A DNA stretch of 64,000 bases, taken from contig CAVNZM010000016.1 of NCBI GenBank assembly GCA_963693365.1, positions 6,865,029 to 6,929,028 of the forward strand. The letters are read 5' to 3'. The stretch comes from Amoebidium appalachense. Its lineage: Eukaryota > Protista > Ichthyosporea. The position numbers and the translations under genes are program-made. Under the pieces are notes generated by a model. The model was not told the DNA's origin and searched no databases. It saw only the letters and a list, made by a program, of their open reading frames with translations. Of this stretch, positions 63,478 to 64,000 are shown piece after piece; the stretch's first letter is position 1, and the number at the start of each line of letters is the position of its first letter.

Positions 63478-64000
63478 GCACACACCTCCGCATGCGGGCG
63501 CACACGCAGAGCACACACATACACACGGGTGTGCGCACGCGCACACACATACTAACCTGCACACACCCGGACAGCATACAACCACAGCAGTACAACATTT
63601 TTCGCCAAAGTTGCCCCATTCACCGGCACTAAGGCCCCAATCAACCTCAAGCACACAGAAAGAGACAGATACTAATCAACAGATGTCCGGGTGCCGGAAA
63701 GTGCTTTGAAGAACGACAGTAGTGCACATAACAACAGGACCTAGGCGGACTGATGGGCATTGAAAGCCATTTGTGCCTTCATGTGTGTTTATACTATTGC
63801 ATGCGAGAAGTACGGTGTTGGCTGATTGAGGATGCAAGCACTAGCAAACATGTACGCACAAGATGTACATGCACTTCAAGGCAAGAATCAGACAGGAAGA
63901 AAAGAAGCAGTGGTATAGAAGCAAGCACACACCGGGACACACGAGTGCACACGCATGTGCGCAGCCTCCCGTCATCCCCTCGCAGGTTTGCAAGCCAGGG

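Noticed and set aside
63550-64000. First exon of PPCDC
   Set aside because: No GxTGSVA-type flavoprotein N-terminal motif was found in the minus-strand frames examined; the 5' end probably lies beyond the window.

Overview
Eukaryotic genomic DNA, probably from an intron-rich unicellular opisthokont (inferred from GT-AG introns with CTRAC branch points and an animal-like REXO1). Introns and intergenic DNA are saturated with poly-C/poly-G tracts and (CA)/(GT) microsatellites, so nearly all ORFs in the supplied track are artefacts. Real genes, assembled by hand from exons: SPT6 (minus, 3' end off-window), a U2 snRNA gene, REXO1 (minus) head-to-head with La/SSB (plus), a bacterial-type secreted GH18 chitinase with a single intron (horizontal-transfer candidate), and PPCDC (minus, 5' end not located). 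The main unexplained structure is a dispersed repeat family with 6 clear and about 5 decayed copies. The clear copies share one fixed 3' end abutting a C-run (off-window for one copy), are variably 5'-truncated, carry a structured 3' region, and all run in the same direction as their host gene. This looks like a poly-C-targeting, possibly Penelope-like, retroelement. Homopolymer lengths and some low-complexity stretches may contain sequencing or assembly error. All protein-family assignments come from recognised motifs, not from database searches.
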